From: Lama glama
Taxonomy: Eukaryota
Direction: 5' to 3'
NCBI GenBank assembly: GCA_028534125.1
Contig: CM052818.1
Location: forward strand, 31,126,001-31,190,000
Length of the DNA stretch: 64,000 nt
Below are positions 60,301-64,000 of the stretch, piece by piece. A model generated the notes under the pieces. It made no database searches and had not been told where the DNA came from. It was given only the letters and a program-made list of their open reading frames with translations. The position numbers were made by a program, and so were the translations under genes. The number at the start of each line of letters is the position of its first letter. Positions within the stretch are counted from its first letter, which is position 1.

Positions 60301-63100
60301 GTGAGCTTCTAGAAGGGCTTCAAAGGTGCAAGGAACAAGTCAGGGCTCTAGTTCCCAGAGCTGGAGAATGGGGTAAGGACTTGATCCCGAAAAAGGCACA
60401 AGCCCCATCCCTGGGGACACAGGATCAGGTCTTGTGATTGTAGGAGGCTTGAAGCCCACACACTTCTGTACACACTGCCTCCCCATGTGCACATGCATGC
60501 ACACACACACACCCCCAGAGCCGCAGAGCAGTGCTGACTCTCTGGAAAAGAACCCACCTCATCACTGCTTTGGCCAGAAAGGCCCTAGCAAGTGAGGTTC
60601 CAAACCCCCTGGGGCAGCTGTTAATGTCAGCAGAATCACTTCTGAGGTTCTGCCCACCCCCCTGCTACATACCAGAGACAGTGGCCTCATCTTGCAGCCC
60701 AGCGCTGTGCCTGCCCCTCAAAAAGAACCCCTCCCCATCTCCCCATTTCCCCCCAAGGTAGAACTCATGAGCAATCATTTCATGCTGCATAACCATTCGA
60801 AATGGGATCCCCATCTCGACTGTATTGGAGAAAATTTATTTAGTAAGGGGTTTTTATTATGTAATATGTATATGACATCCGGTAATAGGAAGTGCATTAT
60901 ATTTATTGTTTATCGCTAAGAAAATATTGAAACAGAAGGAAAATGATCAGGACCTATTACTCTCCAATGAGAAGGCATTTTAGGGCTCTGCTGGAAAGAG
61001 GAAATGGAAGAGGAGAAAGGACTCCAACCCCATAGATCTGCAGTGGTCCTAAAGGTGCTTTGCCAAAGGTTCAGGAGACAAGGGATTTTAGGGGCTCCAA
61101 AAGTAATGCATTTCTGAAACAGCCTCACTCATTTTCATGGAAGCCATCTTTCTGTATAAGCAGAGAGATAAACCCAGAAGCCCAGGATGCTGTAAGAGTT
61201 AATGAGGGGAGACCACGTGTCATATTTCTCCGCGCTCATTGTAGTGTTAGCATCTCTAGTCATTAAGAGTCTGAACTCTGTTGCACTGTGAGACTTCAGG
61301 TAAGCGCTGTCTCCCTTTCTGGGGCCTGTATTGCTGTTTTGGTGAATGGAGAGGGTGCTGGGCGAGGTGGTTTTGCCTGGGGCCTGGGGCCCGTGCACAC
61401 AGGGGTTTTCTCACCACTATCCTGTCTCCTCTAGTTCCAGCATTTCCGAGAGAGGTTGCCGCCCACCTTTTTTTCCAAATTCAGAATGGCTGAGAAGGGC
61501 ATAGTTTCTCAAACCCCACGTAACCTTACAGAGTGCTTCAGCCTGAGCCCTGGGACCTACGTGGTGGTCGTCTCTGCAGGCAGAGAAGCAGTTGAGTTCT
61601 CGCTCCGAATTTTCCTGAAGATGTCCGACAGTGACAGGTACAGAAGTACTGGGATTCTAAATGTTTTATTCTACTTCATTTTATAAAAACACATTGCATC
61701 ATTCTATGTGGCAATTCATTGTGACAGTGGGGGACCCAGCACAGGCCCAGCTCTCGAGAAGCTCACCCCAAAGGGGGCCGAGAGAGTCTGTGAGGCAAGA
61801 GGTAGACCACAAACAAGATGGTGCCATTGCTCAGTGGAAATGCAGGGTCACGTGGGAGGACAGAGTTGAGGGATCTGCCCCTGACAAGAGCAACTGAGGA
61901 AGGCTAAATGGGGGAAATGGCGCATGAGCCAGTCCTTGATGGAAAATGTAACTTAATGCTTCAAAGGGGAAGGCAGTGCAGGCAGAGGAAAAAAGCATGA
62001 GCAGAAGCAGGGAAGTGAGTGAACACAGGGCTTGCTGAAGAGTAAGTGATGTTGCCCATAAACCAGGAAGGTGGTACCTGGCACGCATGACAATTGTCTG
62101 AAATGTGGCCAGAACATGGGCTCCATCAGGGAGACAGTGGAAGATGGGCTTGAATGCAAGAGTCTGATGGTGGAGGGTCTCCACTGCTAAGTTGGCAGTC
62201 AGGACTGGGATCAGCAGGCATACATCCTGCTGGGCGCCTGGTTCCTTCTTGGACCCAAGGCAAACATCACTATAATCATGTAGGTCTTTACAGCTGAGCA
62301 CAGACGAGGCCTTCTCAGTCCAGCATGCCAGTCACTGTGCTACCAGAGTTGGAACATAAGACAAAGCTTATTTACCATCCTGGCAATGGGGGTTACTATA
62401 CATGTAATCTGGTTGTGAAAGGAGCCATTTACTAAATGGTTTGAAGACCAGGTAATGTCCACCCCAAAGACTGGATGCCAGGTCATGATGCTCATTGGTC
62501 TGCTGCCTGCCATGGCCACCCACTTCACATCCTCCTGTGCTCTGGGCTCTCCACTCGTGTTCTTGGCCTAAATGTCAAATGCCACGGGGGTGCCCGCCAT
62601 AGGTAAGCATAAGCCTCCTTGGAATAGTGAGCTGGTCATCCTTGTCACACTGTCCCCCTCATTTTCCAGGGACCTGGGCAACAATCTCAACCTCAGACCA
62701 CTGAAGGTAGGTGTGCAGTAAGCTTTGTTCGAGCTTCAGTAGTCACATCCCATCCCCAAGAGCTTCTGTCTCCTTCCTTCTTGCCTCACCACTGACCAAT
62801 GAAAACAGAGACACTATAATGGGCGGGTGATGGCTCAAAAGGACACGGATGAGGGGAGAAGACCAGGCCTCGAAGGCCAGGCTGGACCCATCCATCTTCC
62901 GTCTACAAACTCCATCCTCGCATTCCCCAAACAGGTTTTATCCGATTGTTGGCCATGAAGCCTCTGTCTCAGATCCAGGTGGGAGGTTCTTATGCCCTCA
63001 CTGTACCAGAAATCTAACGTTGTCTATTCTCCTTTAGATCCAGGCAACTCTTCCAGAAGATAGCTCCCAACAAAGCATTTTCTACAAATACTCTCAGCAG
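20818..63100 (+). CDS. CAPN13: Calpain-13, spliced CDS, 3'-incomplete: join(20818-21015, 29523-29601, 32017-32132, 37336-37469, 42728-42902, 43793-43867, 48448-48533, 52355-52429, 53490-53635, 55429-55568, 59386-59397, 61441-61637, 62670-62706, 63044-63100)
   Basis: The exons sum to 1527 nt (509 codons) with no stop, and all introns are GT-AG with matching phases. Calpain motifs are present: [56 protein letters not shown]. The short N-terminus (MAYNQE..IIRFKEQ), [18 protein letters not shown] and degenerate domain III match CAPN13 rather than other calpains, as recalled from the human protein. Confidence 0.95.
24210..24313. repeat. CT-rich polypyrimidine low-complexity tract
   Basis: (CCCT)n and (CT)n runs. 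Confidence 0.85.
24750..24945. mobile_element. MER3-like hAT DNA transposon relic (a partial related copy lies at about 9660-9790)
   Basis: cactgtccagtagaacattctgcaatgatggaaa...gtagccactagtcacatg...gtggctaccatattgga. Confidence 0.8.
25725..26188 (-). mobile_element. ERVL LTR (MLT2-like)
   Basis: gatttattataaggaattggcacacgtgattatggaggctgg..aagtccc...gttgacacataaaat..catcaca. Confidence 0.85.
27210..27245. repeat. (TG)n microsatellite
   Basis: Seen directly in the sequence. Confidence 0.95.
29523..29601 (+). CDS. CAPN13: CAPN13 exon 3: [26 protein letters not shown](G)
   Basis: Acceptor ttttttctaag|, donor CAG|GTAAGA. Carries the calpain P.FI..ASRFDI.QG motif. Not in the ORF track. Confidence 0.93.
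30697..30848 (+). mobile_element. tRNA-Ala-derived SINE (camelid Vic-1-like) with target-site duplication
   Basis: GGGGAGGGTATAGCTCAGTGGTAGAG head, A box at 30708-30718, B box GGTTCAATCC at 30751-30760, (TACA)n/A-rich tail. Direct repeat gctatgtattgaa at 30684-30696 and 30849-30861. Confidence 0.9.
31545..31830. repeat. C-rich (CAC/CCAT) minisatellite with about 3 units of 71-bp period
   Basis: Anchor tcactgcg/tcactgcg/tcactatg at 31621, 31692 and 31763. Confidence 0.85.
32017..32132 (+). CDS. CAPN13: CAPN13 exon 4 with catalytic Cys (TGC 32022-32024): (G)[15 protein letters not shown]...YAGIFRFR
   Basis: Acceptor ccctttgcag|, donor CGG|GTGAGT, canonical GDCWFLAA motif. Confidence 0.96.
32400..35160 (-). 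mobile_element. Highly degraded ancient L1, antisense, in intron 4
   Basis: Long AT/T-rich tract with L1-like motifs (ttccatttattca, ggattcaatttgctaa, gctataaatt). Confidence 0.7.
37336..37469 (+). CDS. CAPN13: CAPN13 exon 5: [44 protein letters not shown](K)
   Basis: Acceptor ctctcccctccag|, donor AA|GTAAGG, DDRLP and LEKAYAK motifs. Confidence 0.96.
42728..42902 (+). CDS. CAPN13: CAPN13 exon 6: [23 protein letters not shown]...[10 protein letters not shown]
   Basis: Acceptor tttctttcgcccag|, donor GGG|GTGAGT, GSY..L..G...DAL.D..GG motif. Confidence 0.95.
43793..43867 (+). CDS. CAPN13: CAPN13 exon 7 with catalytic His (CAT 43838-43840): [25 protein letters not shown]
   Basis: Acceptor ttttctcctttgaag|, donor CAG|GTAAGG, GLV..HAY.VTG motif. 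Confidence 0.95.
48448..48533 (+). CDS. CAPN13: CAPN13 exon 8 with catalytic Asn (AAC 48490-48492): [28 protein letters not shown](G)
   Basis: Acceptor ttctcctctgcag|, donor GG|GTATGG, NPWG..EW.G.WSD motif. Confidence 0.96.
51230..52200 (-). mobile_element. L2 fragment, antisense
   Basis: Purine-rich. ttccaggcagagggagca and ttttgagcaggg...atcagattt..gttttagaaagat are typical of reverse L2. Confidence 0.7.
52355..52429 (+). CDS. CAPN13: CAPN13 exon 9: [24 protein letters not shown](W)
   Basis: Acceptor ctctccacacccag|, donor TG|GTACTT. TG joins the first G of the next exon to give the W of DGEFWMS. Confidence 0.93.
53490..53635 (+). CDS. CAPN13: CAPN13 exon 10: [48 protein letters not shown]
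   Basis: Acceptor ctctgtttataacag|, donor CAG|GTAGTT. Covers the end of the CysPc core and the start of domain III (CBSW). Confidence 0.93.
54346..54386. repeat. (TG)n microsatellite
   Basis: Seen directly in the sequence. Confidence 0.95.
55429..55568 (+). CDS. CAPN13: CAPN13 exon 11: (E)[24 protein letters not shown]...FPLNFEVFK
   Basis: Acceptor ctctttttcatacag|, donor AAG|GTAAGG. Phase 1 to 0 fits its neighbours. Confidence 0.9.
57240..57650. mobile_element. Old ERVL-type LTR (LTR33/LTR16-like)
   Basis: atgtgacccaggcctgtccaattaga...tttgaatcttgag...ccttcccataaat. Confidence 0.5.
59386..59397 (+). CDS. CAPN13: CAPN13 exon 12: 12-nt microexon GTGGACTCCCAG (VDSQ)
   Basis: Branch-like ctgac, long pyrimidine tract cctttcttcctcttccccacag|, donor CAG|GTATGG. 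Classical calpains have a 12-nt exon at this position (e.g. CAPN3 exon 12). Confidence 0.85.
61441..61637 (+). CDS. CAPN13: CAPN13 exon 13: [15 protein letters not shown]...[31 protein letters not shown](R); alternative start 61435
   Basis: Acceptors ctcctctag|ttccag|, donor AG|GTACAG, L.PG.YVV and F.LRIF domain III motifs. Confidence 0.92.
62670..62706 (+). CDS. CAPN13: CAPN13 exon 14: [12 protein letters not shown]
   Basis: Acceptor ccccctcattttccag|, donor AAG|GTAGGT. The 37 nt restore phase 2 to 0. Confidence 0.85.
63044..63100 (+). CDS. CAPN13: CAPN13 exon 15: [19 protein letters not shown]; alternative start 63038
   Basis: Acceptors ctcctttag|atccag|, donor CAG|GTACAG. SQQSIF..Y.QQ resembles the recalled CAPN13 segment preceding EF1. 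Confidence 0.87.
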
Positions 63101-64000
63101 GTACAGTATTAAACCTGGGGCGAGGGGCCTTAGAGAGGACGGGTGATGGAGGGAACAGAAGGAAGAAAATCCTTCTGGGCCCTTATCAGGATACAGAGAG
63201 GAAAAGTGGCCTGATGGGTGGTTTTATCAACCTCTGTCCCTGGATGTCTCCAGAACTGATCTGGAGGGAAAGGGTGCCCCACCTGGGTGACACCTGGGTT
63301 GGAGTGAAGAGCTTGGAAAGGGAGGGGCTAATTATGGGGCTGGTCTTTTTAAATCTATAAACAAGCAATTGGCAGTACCCCTCAAAGTCTTTCCTTCTCC
63401 CGCTTTGCCACCTCCCACCAACCTTGGCATCCTTCCTCCCAGGAGCTGGCAAGCTTCAGAAAGCACCAACAGCGTTCTTCCTGCCAAGCCACCTATGTGC
63501 ACAGGGGATTTTCTTAATGGTTTAATAAACCGTTATAAAGAACTCCTTGACTTGTCAGGATAAAAACAGCTGCCAAGGACTCTGTGCAATTGGCCTTTGA
63601 CCATCATGTTGGTGTGGGAAGTGGAAAGTGATATGGATGATCGTATGTACCGTGCCGGCCTCAGGCCAGGTGGGGGCCAAAGACAGGAAGAGTGCAGGCC
63701 TTCAGAGGGCTAATGGGGTAGTGGTCACCAGGAGGCAGGTCAAAGGGAAATGATTCAGGCAGCCTGGGCCCAGAGACAAAAACAAGGAGCAGTGAAGAAT
63801 GTGGCTGGCGGGAGGATAAATGTTGTAGGCGGCAGCTCAGTGTGAACCTCCTCGAAATCAACACGGGCCCAGGGTTCAGGCCCACGTCTGGGCTGACTGG
63901 AAAGGCACTTCACTTGATGCAAAACAGAATCTGCCAAGGTGACTGAACGCAGTCTGTGAGCTCCTGAAGGTCAAGATGACGTTGTCCCCAGTACCAATCA

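Noticed and set aside
1..64000. A novel multi-gene system, CRISPR array or horizontally acquired segment
   Set aside because: Content is explained by one calpain gene plus ordinary mammalian repeats. I saw no long intact foreign ORF, repeat-spacer array or second gene.

Overview
This is mammalian genomic DNA, probably from a camelid, judging by a tRNA-Ala-derived SINE at 30697 that looks like the camel/alpaca family. It holds the 5' part of one spliced + strand gene, calpain-13 (CAPN13). I traced 14 coding exons from the ATG at 20818 to 63100. All have GT-AG boundaries and compatible phases, giving an uninterrupted frame of 509 codons (513 if both upstream tandem acceptors are used). The catalytic triad is intact (Cys95, His250, Asn274 in this translation) and a 12-nt microexon is present. 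The penta-EF-hand exons lie beyond the window. A non-coding first exon is likely near 5720-5808, next to a 500-N gap. The rest is intronic or intergenic sequence with L1, L2, MIR, ERVL/MaLR LTR and DNA-transposon relics. Almost all entries in the ORF track are spurious. I found no convincing new biological system. The leads most worth testing concern splicing: stop-containing candidate 'poison' exons just upstream of real exons, two TAG-NNN-CAG tandem acceptors, the microexon, and a 71-bp-period C-rich minisatellite before the catalytic-Cys exon. A MADE2 hairpin and co-oriented CTCF-like motifs are also noted. Repeat family names and comparisons to human come from recall, not from searches.
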